A stretch of DNA of 41,800 bases from Desulfovibrio sp. (lineage in GTDB: Bacteria; Desulfobacterota; Desulfovibrionia; Desulfovibrionales; Desulfovibrionaceae), in contig JAISNZ010000015.1 in assembly GCA_031275955.1 (NCBI GenBank), forward strand, positions 1 through 41,800, given 5' to 3'. This document shows, one piece after another, positions 1 to 9,210 of this stretch. The position numbers and the translations under genes were made by a program. The notes beneath the pieces are model-generated. The model did not search any database. It was not told the DNA's origin and saw only the letters and a program-made list of their open reading frames with translations. Positions within the stretch are counted from its first letter, which is position 1, and every line of letters begins with the position of its first letter.

Positions 1-780
1 CGCCAGCAGCACCCGGAATCCCAGGTCTCCGAGGCGGCATCCCGGCGCGCCGCAGGCGCTGCTGTCCGGCGCGTCAAAGGCGCGCCGGGCGAGACGGCAA
101 TTTTCAGCCCCATCGCTCCAACTGCCGCCCCTCCGGACGCGGAGCGTCCCCTCGGGCGGGCCTGCCGGATCGCCGGACGGGCTGCGCCCGTAATAGTCGG
201 CGGCAAACCAATCCTGCGCCCATTCATTGACGTTTCCGAGCATGTCGTAAAGACCCCAGGCGTTGGGTTCCTTTTCTCCCACCGGGTGCGTCGCGTTGCC
301 GGAATTTCGGTCATACCAGGCGGCCCGCCCAAGGGCGGCGGCATCCGCGGCAAAGGGATCAGGGCCGCTGCGGCCGGCCCTGGCCGCGTATTCCCATTCC
401 GCTTCCGTGGGCAGGCGGTAGCGGGTGTGCCCTTCCCGCAGGTTCAGGCGGCGGATGAACTCCTGGGCCTCATTCCAGAAGACCTGCTCCACCGGCAGCG
501 CGGCGCCCCTGAACCAGCTGGGATTGCCGCCCATGACCTTTTCCCACTGTTCCTGCGTGACCTCGAACCTGCCCAGATAAAAATCCCTGCTGATGGTCAC
601 CGGATGTTCTGGTCTTTCGTCCTCCAGAAGGTCGGAGCCCATGCGGAAGGACCCGGCCGGGAGGAGGACGAATTCCATGCCGAGGGAGTTGGTATACGTT
701 CCGCCGCTGGCGCTGGAAAAAGAGGCCGGGCAGAGGGCCAGAAGCCCAAGGAGAACAATCAGGGCGACGCCTCGCGGCAT
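1..780 (-). CDS. Exported formylglycine-generating-enzyme (FGE-sulfatase/SUMF1) domain protein, 3' end runs off the window
   Basis: Absent from the ORF track; translated by hand from ATG 780 (SD GGAGGA upstream): MPRGVALIVLLGLLALCPASFSSA signal peptide, then TNSLGMEFVLLPAGSFRMGS, FYLGRFEVTQEQW, YRLPTEAEWEYAARAG, PNAWGLYDMLGNVNEW, RVRRGGSW, DLGFRV. Confidence 0.92.
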   Translation of the reverse strand, partial: MPRGVALIVLLGLLALCPASFSSASGGTYTNSLGMEFVLLPAGSFRMGSDLLEDERPEHPVTISRDFYLGRFEVTQEQWEKVMGGNPSWFRGAALPVEQVFWNEAQEFIRRLNLREGHTRYRLPTEAEWEYAARAGRSGPDPFAADAAALGRAAWYDRNSGNATHPVGEKEPNAWGLYDMLGNVNEWAQDWFAADYYGRSPSGDPAGPPEGTLRVRRGGSWSDGAENCRLARRAFDAPDSSACGAPGCRLGDLGFRVLLA

Positions 781-784
781 GGGC

Positions 785-1753
785 TTATTCCTCCAGATCC
801 GAAAGTTGGGTGGAAAGATACCGTTCGCCCGAATCCGGCAGGATGACCACGATGTTTTTCCCGGCGCTTTCGGGCCGCGCGGCGATGCGTCTGGCCGCCC
901 ACAGCGCCGCCCCGGCGGAAATGCCGCTGAGGATGCCCTCGACGCGCGCGATTTCCCGCGCCGCGTTCATGGCGTCCTCGTTGGTCACGCGGACAATCTC
1001 GTCAATAACGGAGCGGTTGAGGATTTTGGGCACAAAGCCGGCCCCTATGCCCTGGATGCGGTGGGGGCCGGATCTGCCCCCGGACAGCACCGGCGAGGCG
1101 TCCGGCTCCACCGCCACGATTCTGACCCCGGGCCTGCGCTCTTTCAGCACCTCGCCAACGCCGGTAATGGTGCCGCCGGTGCCGACTCCGGCCACGAAAC
1201 AATCCACCTCGCCGCCCGTGTCGGCCCAGATCTCCTCCGCCGTGGTCCGCCGGTGGGCTTCGGGATTGGCGGGGTTTTCAAACTGGAGGGGCATGAAACT
1301 GCCCGGGATCTGAGTCAGGAGGTCTCTGGCCTTGCGCACGGAACCGACCATGCCGTCCTTGCCCGAAGTGAGCACCACATCCGCTCCCAGCATGGCCGCG
1401 AGCTTCCGGCGCTCAATGGACATGGTTTCCGGCATGGTCAGCACGAGCTTGTATCCCCTGGCGGCGCAGGCGAAGGCCAGCCCAATGCCCGTGTTGCCGG
1501 AGGTGGGCTCAATGACCGTGCTGCCGGGACCAATCCTGCCCCCGCTTTCGGCGGCGTCCAGCATGGCCGCGCCGATGCGGCATTTGACGCTGTTCATGGG
1601 ATTGAAGGACTCCACCTTGGCCAGCAGGATTCCAGCCAGGCCTTTTCCGAATTTATCCAGGCGGACCAGCGGAGTATTGCCGCGCGCGTCAATGATCGAG
1701 GCATAAATCCTGCCCCGGCTGTCGGCCCTGGCTGTCACAGAGGATGCGCTCAT
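785..1753 (-). CDS. cysK: Cysteine synthase A (O-acetylserine sulfhydrylase)
   Basis: [22 protein letters not shown] (PLP Lys), [33 protein letters not shown]. Confidence 0.95.
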   Translation of the reverse strand: MSASSVTARADSRGRIYASIIDARGNTPLVRLDKFGKGLAGILLAKVESFNPMNSVKCRIGAAMLDAAESGGRIGPGSTVIEPTSGNTGIGLAFACAARGYKLVLTMPETMSIERRKLAAMLGADVVLTSGKDGMVGSVRKARDLLTQIPGSFMPLQFENPANPEAHRRTTAEEIWADTGGEVDCFVAGVGTGGTITGVGEVLKERRPGVRIVAVEPDASPVLSGGRSGPHRIQGIGAGFVPKILNRSVIDEIVRVTNEDAMNAAREIARVEGILSGISAGAALWAARRIAARPESAGKNIVVILPDSGERYLSTQLSDLEE

Positions 1754-2664
1754 ATCGTGTACATGCTTTCCTGGTTGATGTCGTATTGCAGAATGGCGAA
1801 AATCCGCTCCTGAATGGCCACGATTTCCGGGTCCGTCCGCGCCCTCGGGCGGGGAACGTCCACGGGGATGCGGTTGCGGACAGTGCCGCCGGGGCCGGGG
1901 GAGAAGATAACCACCTCGTCGGAAAGGTAGACCGCCTCGGGCACGTCATGGCTGACCATGACAATGATGATGGGGGAGGCGTTGCCTTTGGCCTCTTCCC
2001 AGAGGTAGAGCAGGTCGTCCTGCAGCCTTTCCCGCTGCAGGGCGTCCACGGCGGCAAAGGGCTCGTCCATGAGAATGATTTTCGGCTCCACCGAAAGCGC
2101 CCGCGCCAGGGCAAGACGCTGGCGCATGCCGCCGGAAAGCTGCGCGGGGTATTTGTTTTCCGCGCCGGCAAGTCCCACCTTGCTCAGATAAAAACCGGCC
2201 TTCTCCTCCATTTCCGCGCGGGAGGGCCGATCGGATCGCCTTTTGCCGGCCGAGCGCAGCCGCAGGACAAAGACGACGTTCTGCAGGGCCGTCATCCAGG
2301 GGAAGACGGCGTAATCCTGAAAAATCATCGCGATGTCGTGCTTGGGCCGGTCGGTGAAGACCCCGTTGGCCAGGGGCGAGATGAAACGGTAGCGCCGCTT
2401 GTACTCCTCCATCTCCTTGCGGGTTGAGGGCAGAGGCTCCAGCACAAGTCTGCCGTCAATGCGGATCTCGCCGTCCGTGGGGGCCTGAAGTCCGGCCAGG
2501 ATTTCCAGAAAGGTCGATTTGCCGCAGCCGGATGGACCAAGCAGGCTCACGATCCTGCCGTCGGGAATGGTCAGGGACACGTTCAGCACAGCGGTAAGCC
2601 CTTCGGCCAGCCCCTTTTCGTTCACCAGGGAAAAAAATTTGCTGATGCTGCGCGCCTCGATCAT
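1750..2664 (-). CDS. NitT/TauT/SsuB-type ABC transporter ATP-binding protein
   Basis: Walker [19 protein letters not shown], signature LSGGMRQR, Walker B ILMDEPF, SHD switch. Confidence 0.93.
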   Translation of the reverse strand: MIEARSISKFFSLVNEKGLAEGLTAVLNVSLTIPDGRIVSLLGPSGCGKSTFLEILAGLQAPTDGEIRIDGRLVLEPLPSTRKEMEEYKRRYRFISPLANGVFTDRPKHDIAMIFQDYAVFPWMTALQNVVFVLRLRSAGKRRSDRPSRAEMEEKAGFYLSKVGLAGAENKYPAQLSGGMRQRLALARALSVEPKIILMDEPFAAVDALQRERLQDDLLYLWEEAKGNASPIIIVMVSHDVPEAVYLSDEVVIFSPGPGGTVRNRIPVDVPRPRARTDPEIVAIQERIFAILQYDINQESMYTI

Positions 2665-2670
2665 CTTCCC

Positions 2671-3501
2671 CTACCGCCCCACCTTCCAGATCGCCAGCTT
2701 GAGTTCGACGTATTTGAGAATTTCAATGAGAAACCAGCCTATAAAGCCGGTTACCATCATACAGACCATCATCTCCGGAATCAGGAAATAATCCTTGGCC
2801 TGCCCCAGGAGAAAGCCTATCCCCATCCTGCCGCCGTATGCCTCCCCGATGACCAGCATCACCAGGCCCATGGCCACGCCGGTCTTCAGGCTCATGATGA
2901 TGGAGCCGAAGGCGTGCCAGAAATAGACCTTGCGCAGAAGGGTGAACTCGCTGGCGCCGAAGACTCTGGCCGAGGCCAGATAGCGCGGATCGGTGTCCTT
3001 GATGCCCTGATAGGTGTTGAAAAGCACCGGATAAAAGATGCCGATGGACATCAGAAAGATGTGCATGCTGGAACCGATGCCGAAGATGATGATGGTCATG
3101 GGCACCCAGGCCGGAGGGGGAATAGGCGCCAGAAGCTGCCAGAGGGGAAGGATGAAGGCCCTGACCTTCTGATTCCAGCCCATGAGCATGCCGATGGGAA
3201 CCGCCAGAGCCACCGCGAGGCCGAAGGCGATGAAAAATCTGCCCAGGCTGTACAGGATATGCAGGACAAGACTTCTGCGCAGGAGCATGTCCCAGAAGGT
3301 TGCCGCCACCGTGCTCAAAGGCGGCAACAGGCTCTCCGGGATCAGGCCGGCCCGGGGCAAAAACTCCCAGAGCAGGAGCAGGGGAAGAAGGAGAGCCAGA
3401 AATTCCAGGGAAAAGAAATTGCCCAGGGCATTTTTGGAGAATCCGCCAAGTTCCCGCAGGAGCCGGCGGATTCCCCTCGTTTCATAGTCGTCGTCCGTCA
3501 C
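2671..3501 (-). CDS. NitT/TauT/SsuC-type ABC transporter permease
   Basis: Multiple hydrophobic helices, PIPPPAWVP, EAA-like loop ASARVFGAS. Confidence 0.92.
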   Translation of the reverse strand: MTDDDYETRGIRRLLRELGGFSKNALGNFFSLEFLALLLPLLLLWEFLPRAGLIPESLLPPLSTVAATFWDMLLRRSLVLHILYSLGRFFIAFGLAVALAVPIGMLMGWNQKVRAFILPLWQLLAPIPPPAWVPMTIIIFGIGSSMHIFLMSIGIFYPVLFNTYQGIKDTDPRYLASARVFGASEFTLLRKVYFWHAFGSIIMSLKTGVAMGLVMLVIGEAYGGRMGIGFLLGQAKDYFLIPEMMVCMMVTGFIGWFLIEILKYVELKLAIWKVGR

Positions 3502-4490
3502 CAGGTGATCCCTTTGAATTCCGGCGCGAAGAGCGCGTCGCCGGGATTCTTCTCAATGGTTCCCTGATTGACCAGAGCCTGGGCATAGCCTTTCAGTCCC
3601 GCCGTATCCAGCTTGATCTGGAAGCCAAGCTTGGGATTGCTGTTGATGATCGCCTGTTGGGAGACATTGGGGACATACTTCCGGGCGATGGCGACAATGT
3701 CTGCCGCGACGGGATTCTTGCGAATCAGCTTGTCCGCTTCATCAATGGCCGCAATAAAGGCCTTGGCCTCCTTGGTGTTGTTCCTGACGAAATCCTTGTT
3801 CGCGTTGATCGTCCGGCAGGGCGGGTTTTCCCCGGCCAGATTGGGCTCAATTTTGCCGTCGCCGTCGGCGTCGGAATGACCGTCGAAAAGCGTCTTGTAT
3901 TTGGGCTTTCCGTCGGCATCCTTCAGGAGCAGGGCCTCGGCCACAAAGGGTTCCTCCAGAATCGCCCCCTTGACCGCGCCGCCTTCCAGGGCGGCCAGGG
4001 CGGCGCCGGGGGCGAGGGCGGTCAGGGTAAACTCCGTGTTATAGCGCTGCTTAAGCGCGTCGCGGATGGCGATGACCGCGCAGCAGGTATTGGAAAGGCC
4101 GGCCAGCTGCTGTCCCTTCAGGTCTTCGGGCTTCTTGAAGGGCGCGTTTACCGGGACCACCAGCACGGAGGTGCAGGGGATCTTGACCTGGGCGATGATG
4201 GTGATGTTCTGTCCCTTGGCGATGGGGGTAATGACGCCGGTGGGGCAGTTGAAGACAATGTCCGCCTCTCCTCCCACCACGGCGGCCACGCCGGAGCTGG
4301 TTTGCCTGATCTCCACGTCCAGCCCGTGTTTTTTGAACAGGCCTTGCTCAAAGGCGACATACAGGTTCAGGTGATGGGTGGAATTGGCGTCGGCCACGAT
4401 GATTTTCCCCCCCTCCCTGGCGGCTCCGGGGGCCGTCAGGGGCAAGGCAAGCGACATCAGGGCCAGGCAGAAAAAAATTTTCTTCAGCAT
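3498..4490 (-). CDS. NitT/TauT/SsuA-like ABC substrate-binding protein, Cys/His-rich
   Basis: Real start taken as ATG 4490 with SD GAGGAGG, not the ORF-track start 5189; signal peptide MLKKIFFCLALMSLALPLTAPGAA; LYVAFEQGLFKKHGLDVE, KKPEDLKG, ILEEPF. Confidence 0.9.
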   Translation of the reverse strand: MLKKIFFCLALMSLALPLTAPGAAREGGKIIVADANSTHHLNLYVAFEQGLFKKHGLDVEIRQTSSGVAAVVGGEADIVFNCPTGVITPIAKGQNITIIAQVKIPCTSVLVVPVNAPFKKPEDLKGQQLAGLSNTCCAVIAIRDALKQRYNTEFTLTALAPGAALAALEGGAVKGAILEEPFVAEALLLKDADGKPKYKTLFDGHSDADGDGKIEPNLAGENPPCRTINANKDFVRNNTKEAKAFIAAIDEADKLIRKNPVAADIVAIARKYVPNVSQQAIINSNPKLGFQIKLDTAGLKGYAQALVNQGTIEKNPGDALFAPEFKGITW

Positions 4491-4569
4491 GCGGGACCTC
4501 CTCATTTTCCGGACACAGGGGATGATGTGATCATCCATGAGGACTTTCCCGTTTCCTGTGAAATATCTA

Positions 4570-4592
4570 TTTCGCATACCTGTATGCGGAAT
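4570..4592. promoter_or_regulatory. Palindromic operator candidate upstream of the ABC-cysK-FGE operon
   Basis: CGCATAC-CT-GTATGCG perfect dyad at 4573-4588; arms extend to 11 bp with one mismatch. Confidence 0.5.
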
Positions 4593-4609
4593 TGTGATAT
4601 CCAGGGATT

Positions 4610-5077
4610 TCAGCCGTGTCTTCTGGGCGCCTCTTCCCGTTTGTGGACGAAGATGCGGGAGGGAGAATCGCCCTCTGCCTGGGGGACCTGAAGGCCCAGG
4701 CGGGCCTTGCGGTTGATGAGGATGGGGCCCAGAAGGTTGAGGACCGTCTCCTCCGGCTTTCCCGGAGGAATGGTGGCGGTGACCAGGACGGCGAGATCGG
4801 CGGCGGCGGCGACCTTGAGGAGATTTTGCTCGGCATCGCCGATGCGCAGGGCATACTCCGGATGAAAGGCATAGGGGTCCGCCACAAGCAGGCCGAGATC
4901 CGGCTCCTCCATGCTTTGCAGGATCAGCAGGGGGGCCTCCGCGCGGATCTGGAGCAGGGCGAAACGGCGTTTGTCTTCGTAGCCGATGAGGCCGCGCGGG
5001 AAATTGATGACCTTGTACAGATCCACTTCGCGTTCGCCCAGCCGGGATTGAATGATCGCTATTTTTTGCCTTGCCAT
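4610..5077 (-). CDS. fliW: Flagellar assembly factor / CsrA antagonist FliW
   Basis: Start [14 protein letters not shown] at 5077; [34 protein letters not shown]; adjacent to csrA. Confidence 0.93.
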   Translation of the reverse strand: MARQKIAIIQSRLGEREVDLYKVINFPRGLIGYEDKRRFALLQIRAEAPLLILQSMEEPDLGLLVADPYAFHPEYALRIGDAEQNLLKVAAAADLAVLVTATIPPGKPEETVLNLLGPILINRKARLGLQVPQAEGDSPSRIFVHKREEAPRRHG

Positions 5078-5292
5078 AATTCCGCCGCGGCCAGAAGGTC
5101 CGAATTGTCGGCAAGCGCGGCCTGCCGGTTTTCCTCTTTGACGCGAAGATATACTTCTTCGCGGTAGACAACGATGTCGTCGGGCACAAAAATTCCCAGC
5201 TTCACCTGTTTTCCCTGGATGCTGAGAAGGGTGATCTTGATGTTGTCGCCGATATGGAGACTTTCTCCGGACCGTCTGGTCAAGATAAGCAT
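5059..5292 (-). CDS. csrA: Carbon storage regulator CsrA
   Basis: [18 protein letters not shown]...VKLGI...VYREE; ATG at 5292. Confidence 0.96.
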   Translation of the reverse strand: MLILTRRSGESLHIGDNIKITLLSIQGKQVKLGIFVPDDIVVYREEVYLRVKEENRQAALADNSDLLAAAELWQGKK

Positions 5293-5351
5293 GCATCCTT
5301 CCGGGAGTCCGCGCATTCCCCGCCGGCCATGCGGACGGCGGGGAACCGGCA

Positions 5352-6926
5352 TTACAGGAAATTGACGAGACTCATCTGCATGATCATGGACGAGGACTTC
5401 AGCACGCTGTTATAGGCCAGCTGCTGCTTGGACAGGCGGGTCATCAGCTCCGTGATGTCCACATCCTCCACATAACTTAAGTTCTCCTGTTCATCAAGGA
5501 CCCGCATCTCCAAAGCCGCGTGGGTCACTTCCAGGCGGTTGTAGCGCCCTCCGACCACGGCGGCCTTGGTGGCGACCTGGGCCATGACGGTCTTCAGCTC
5601 TTCCAGGGCGGCGGCCATGTCGTCCGGGCTGCCGTATTCGGCCGCGCCCACAAGCCTGCCGCAGACCTCGAAGAGGTTGCTCGCGTCGCCCTCCAGGGGA
5701 TGGGCGCTTCCGCCGCTGTTCACCGGCAGGGCGTCGTCGGTAAAGGGTTCCTGGTACAGGCCGCCGAAGATGTCCTTGCCCACCAGATTGACGGTGACGG
5801 AGTCACTGTCGGAAATGGCCATGTTGATGTCCGCCCGATAGGGATGGATGACGAACTGGTCCCCGGCGGCGGGGGCCGCGCCCAGTTCCAGGTAGCCTCC
5901 CGGCACGGGCAGGCGGAAAGCGGGATCGGAACTGACAGCCTGGGTCCAGTTGCCGCCGTCGTCCAGGCTGTAGGAATAGGTCACCTCCCCGCCGGCGACG
6001 GCGTCAATGCGCACGGCCAGGTCCCGGGTGAAGGAACCCTGCACCTGGGCTCCGGATACGGCGCTACCGTATGGGGTGACGACGCGCGCGCCGGAGTCGT
6101 CGCCGTTGTAGACGGCGCTGGGCCGCAGGTAGAGCCAGGTTCCGTTGTCAGCTTCATTGCGATTGTCGGTGGCGACAGTGGTTACGTTGACGCCGGCGCC
6201 GTTGCTGATCTTCAGCGTGGAGCCTCCGCAGTTGAGCAGGACGTCCGTGCCGGCCACGCTGGTTGTCCCGTCCGTCCAGGTTGTGCCCCCGTCGGTGCTG
6301 TAGCGGAAGGCCGTGGCCTCCACCGCGCCGCTGGTTCCGCCGGAGGCGTTGCCGGGGTCGTAAAACTGTATAATGGTTGTGTGCTCCGTGTCGCCTTCCG
6401 CCGTCAGCGCGCCTCCCTGGGCCATAAGGTCCGCGTTGAAGGCCTCGTCGTGGCTGGTGACGCCCAGGGCCAGGTCGTAGGCGGGGCCGTCGGTCTTCTG
6501 CCCGGCGAAGATGCTGCGATCCTCAAAGCGGGTATTGGCCAGATTGATGAGCTGAAGGAACTGCTGGCGCAATTCGTAGCTGATCTGTTCCCGGTTGGTC
6601 TCGTCGTAGGTTTCGGTGGCCCCCTGTTCCGCCAGTTCCGTCATGCGGGTCAGAACGGTCATCAGGGAGCCTTCGCCGGAGAGAACGGAATCGGCGGTTC
6701 CCAGCCAGCCGTAGGCGGTGTTGATGTTGTCCTTATAGCGGGCAAGCTTGCTCAGGGAGGCCCTGTAGGAAATCACCCGGCCCGCGCCCACGGGATCGTC
6801 CGAGGGGCGGTTGATCTTGAGCTGGGAGGAGCTCTGAAGATTGGACTCCATGAGATCGCTCAGGTTCTTGTTCATATGCTGAATGCTGGAGGCATACATC
6901 TGGTTCTGGGTGACGCGCAGGGTCAT
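5352..6926 (-). CDS. flgL: Flagellar hook-associated protein 3
   Basis: [26 protein letters not shown]-terminal DVDITE...SLVNFL. Confidence 0.95.
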   Translation of the reverse strand: MTLRVTQNQMYASSIQHMNKNLSDLMESNLQSSSQLKINRPSDDPVGAGRVISYRASLSKLARYKDNINTAYGWLGTADSVLSGEGSLMTVLTRMTELAEQGATETYDETNREQISYELRQQFLQLINLANTRFEDRSIFAGQKTDGPAYDLALGVTSHDEAFNADLMAQGGALTAEGDTEHTTIIQFYDPGNASGGTSGAVEATAFRYSTDGGTTWTDGTTSVAGTDVLLNCGGSTLKISNGAGVNVTTVATDNRNEADNGTWLYLRPSAVYNGDDSGARVVTPYGSAVSGAQVQGSFTRDLAVRIDAVAGGEVTYSYSLDDGGNWTQAVSSDPAFRLPVPGGYLELGAAPAAGDQFVIHPYRADINMAISDSDSVTVNLVGKDIFGGLYQEPFTDDALPVNSGGSAHPLEGDASNLFEVCGRLVGAAEYGSPDDMAAALEELKTVMAQVATKAAVVGGRYNRLEVTHAALEMRVLDEQENLSYVEDVDITELMTRLSKQQLAYNSVLKSSSMIMQMSLVNFL

Positions 6927-6959
6927 GGCTCTGTCTCCTTGCGGAATGCTTCCGGGCGG

Positions 6960-7083
6960 CTATGGCATTTTACGCTTGAAACAGTTCGCTTACGGCCAGC
7001 CGGCCTGCTCCTGTTTCGCGGCAAGGATTTGCAGGCAAATCCCTGCAGAGCGAATGACACATTTTCAATGGTCATTTGCTCTA
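6960..7083. mobile_element. MITE-like element (~124 bp) between flgK and flgL
   Basis: Imperfect terminal inverted repeats TATGGCATTTTACGCTTGAAA vs TAGAGCAAATGACCATTGAAA (reverse complement of right end), TA at both ends, several internal hairpins; terminal TAG is the flgK stop. Confidence 0.6.
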
Positions 7084-9210
7084 TTTGAGGGCCAGAAGGG
7101 TCTCGAACATCTCGTCCGCCGTGGTGATCAGTTTGGCGGCGGCCTTGTAGGAGGCCTGGAACTTGATCAGGTTGCTCATCTCCTCGTCAAGGCTGACCGC
7201 GGAAATTTCATCCTTGCGGGCCTGCAGTTCGTTGACCATGACCGTTTCGGCGATATCCAGATACTTCATGTGCTGGGTGTCCGCGCCCACCTTGGTGACC
7301 GTGGCGGCATAGTAGTCGATGATGGTCTGCCGGGCGCCGCCGATGGAAACGGTCTTTGTGGCCAGGGCGGCTATCTCGGCGGCGGTGATGTTGTCGCCCT
7401 CGTTGCCTTCGGCCCCGCCGTTGACGCGCCCGGCGTTGATCAGGCTGGCGTTGGCCGCCAGATCCGCGTTGACGCCGAAGCTGGCCGGGGTGTCGCCGCT
7501 GAAGAAGGTATTGATGCCCAGGGCGGCGGCCAGACCGCTGGTGTCGGCGGCAATGCCGAAGCCATAGTACTGCCCGGATCCCGGAGATGTTTCCCTGCCG
7601 CTGATTTGCAGGCGGTTGTCCACAATGGAGGCCGTCAGGTATGTCCCCGCCGGGCCGGCATTGATCGCGTTGACCACATCCTCCAGGGAGTGGACGGAAG
7701 GATCGAAATTGCCGGGGGAGAAGACATCCAGCCCGTTCCCGGAAAGCGGCAGGGGTTCGCCCGTGGCCGGATCGTAAATGGCGAAGGTCATGTTGCCGGC
7801 CTGCAGGCGGTCGGACCAGGAAAAGCCGGCGGAGGGGGAGCCCAGGGGAACAGTGCCGCGCTCCACGGCGTAGGAGCCAAGGACGGAGGTCAGGGGCGTC
7901 AGCCCCGAACCCTGGCTGTGGATGCGGTTGACTTCCCAGCTCAGGGAGTCCGCCAGTTCTTCCAGGCGGTCGCGGTAGACGCCGATCTTGTTGTCGCGGA
8001 AATCCAGGGCCGCGCCCAGAGTGCCCCCGCTGATGCGCTGGGCGTTTTCCGTGCCGTTCCCGTATGTCTGGCTGGAAATGTCCACAGGCCCGGCGGTGGG
8101 GCTGATCCAGTACACATCGTTTTTGGGGGTCAGCACGAAGCTGTCGCCGGCTATGAGCTGTCCGGCCGTATCGGTGAAGGAGACGGAGAGATCCTTGACC
8201 TGGGTGCTGTGGGCAAGATCGGTGGCATAGAAGATTTTGGCCTGGCCCGTCGCCTCGTCCGTGATCCAGGACTTGCCGCCGTCCAGGGAAACGCGGTAGG
8301 CGGCCGTGCCGGGGGCCGGAGGAACGGCCCCTGTCCGGTCAACGCCGCCTCCCTGAACGACTTCCAGGGTGTATTCATAGCCGTCCGTGCCCTCAAATTC
8401 CACACTGCCCGCGTACGGGGAGCCCTGAGCCAGGTTGTTTTCCACGCGCGGCCCGAGCACTTCCAGGGAAAAGGCGATATCCTGCTGCGCCAGGGGAAAC
8501 CCCCAACTGGTGGAAACGGTATAGTTGCCCGCGCCCTTGTCGTCCACATGGAGATCCAGAATGGCGGACAGTTCGCGCACCTTTTCGTCGCGCAGGTCCA
8601 TCAGCTGGTTGGCGTTATTTCTGTTGGTGACGGTATGGATATTGATTTCCCGGTTGAGATCGGCGATTTCCCGGATCAGGCTGTTGGCCGTGGCCACGTC
8701 TTCACGGATGCGGATCTCCATCTCCTCCTGCATCTTTTGCATGGAGGAATCCAGGCTGCTCACAGTGGAGGAAAGCGTGCGCACCGTTTCCAGAAGCGCG
8801 GCCCGGGCGGCCTGGCTGTCCGGTTCCTGGGCCAGAGTGTTCCAGGATTTGAAAAACTCGGACAGGGCGCTGCCGATGCCGGGGGTGTCATTGGATTCGT
8901 TGTAGAGCGTCTCCAGGTTGCTCAGAAACAGGAATTCCTGATCATAGCGGGATTGCATGGTCTGGCGATCCAGATAGGCGCTTTCCACAAACTTGTCGAA
9001 GTAGCGGATGATCTGGGTGGCTTCCACCCCCTGTCCCATCTGGCCGGGACGGGAATCCACGGAGGTCTTTTCCTCCAGCAGAACCTTCTGCCGGGAATAG
9101 CCCGGGGTATCGACATTGGCGATGTTGTTGCCCGTGGTCTGGATATTGACCTGGGAGGCGAACAGTGCCCCGATGCCCATGTGCATGATGGAGTTGAGGC
9201 TGGATGCCAT
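7081..9210 (-). CDS. flgK: Flagellar hook-associated protein 1
   Basis: TTGNNIANVDTPGYSRQ; C-terminal VSLDEEMSNLIKFQASYKAAAKLI. Confidence 0.96.
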   Translation of the reverse strand: MASSLNSIMHMGIGALFASQVNIQTTGNNIANVDTPGYSRQKVLLEEKTSVDSRPGQMGQGVEATQIIRYFDKFVESAYLDRQTMQSRYDQEFLFLSNLETLYNESNDTPGIGSALSEFFKSWNTLAQEPDSQAARAALLETVRTLSSTVSSLDSSMQKMQEEMEIRIREDVATANSLIREIADLNREINIHTVTNRNNANQLMDLRDEKVRELSAILDLHVDDKGAGNYTVSTSWGFPLAQQDIAFSLEVLGPRVENNLAQGSPYAGSVEFEGTDGYEYTLEVVQGGGVDRTGAVPPAPGTAAYRVSLDGGKSWITDEATGQAKIFYATDLAHSTQVKDLSVSFTDTAGQLIAGDSFVLTPKNDVYWISPTAGPVDISSQTYGNGTENAQRISGGTLGAALDFRDNKIGVYRDRLEELADSLSWEVNRIHSQGSGLTPLTSVLGSYAVERGTVPLGSPSAGFSWSDRLQAGNMTFAIYDPATGEPLPLSGNGLDVFSPGNFDPSVHSLEDVVNAINAGPAGTYLTASIVDNRLQISGRETSPGSGQYYGFGIAADTSGLAAALGINTFFSGDTPASFGVNADLAANASLINAGRVNGGAEGNEGDNITAAEIAALATKTVSIGGARQTIIDYYAATVTKVGADTQHMKYLDIAETVMVNELQARKDEISAVSLDEEMSNLIKFQASYKAAAKLITTADEMFETLLALK

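Noticed and set aside
286-846. Plus-strand 186-aa ORF
   Set aside because: Antisense shadow of the FGE-domain gene
4491-5189. N-terminal extension of the SBP ORF to 563 aa
   Set aside because: Overlaps fliW/csrA in another frame; SD and signal peptide place the start at 4490
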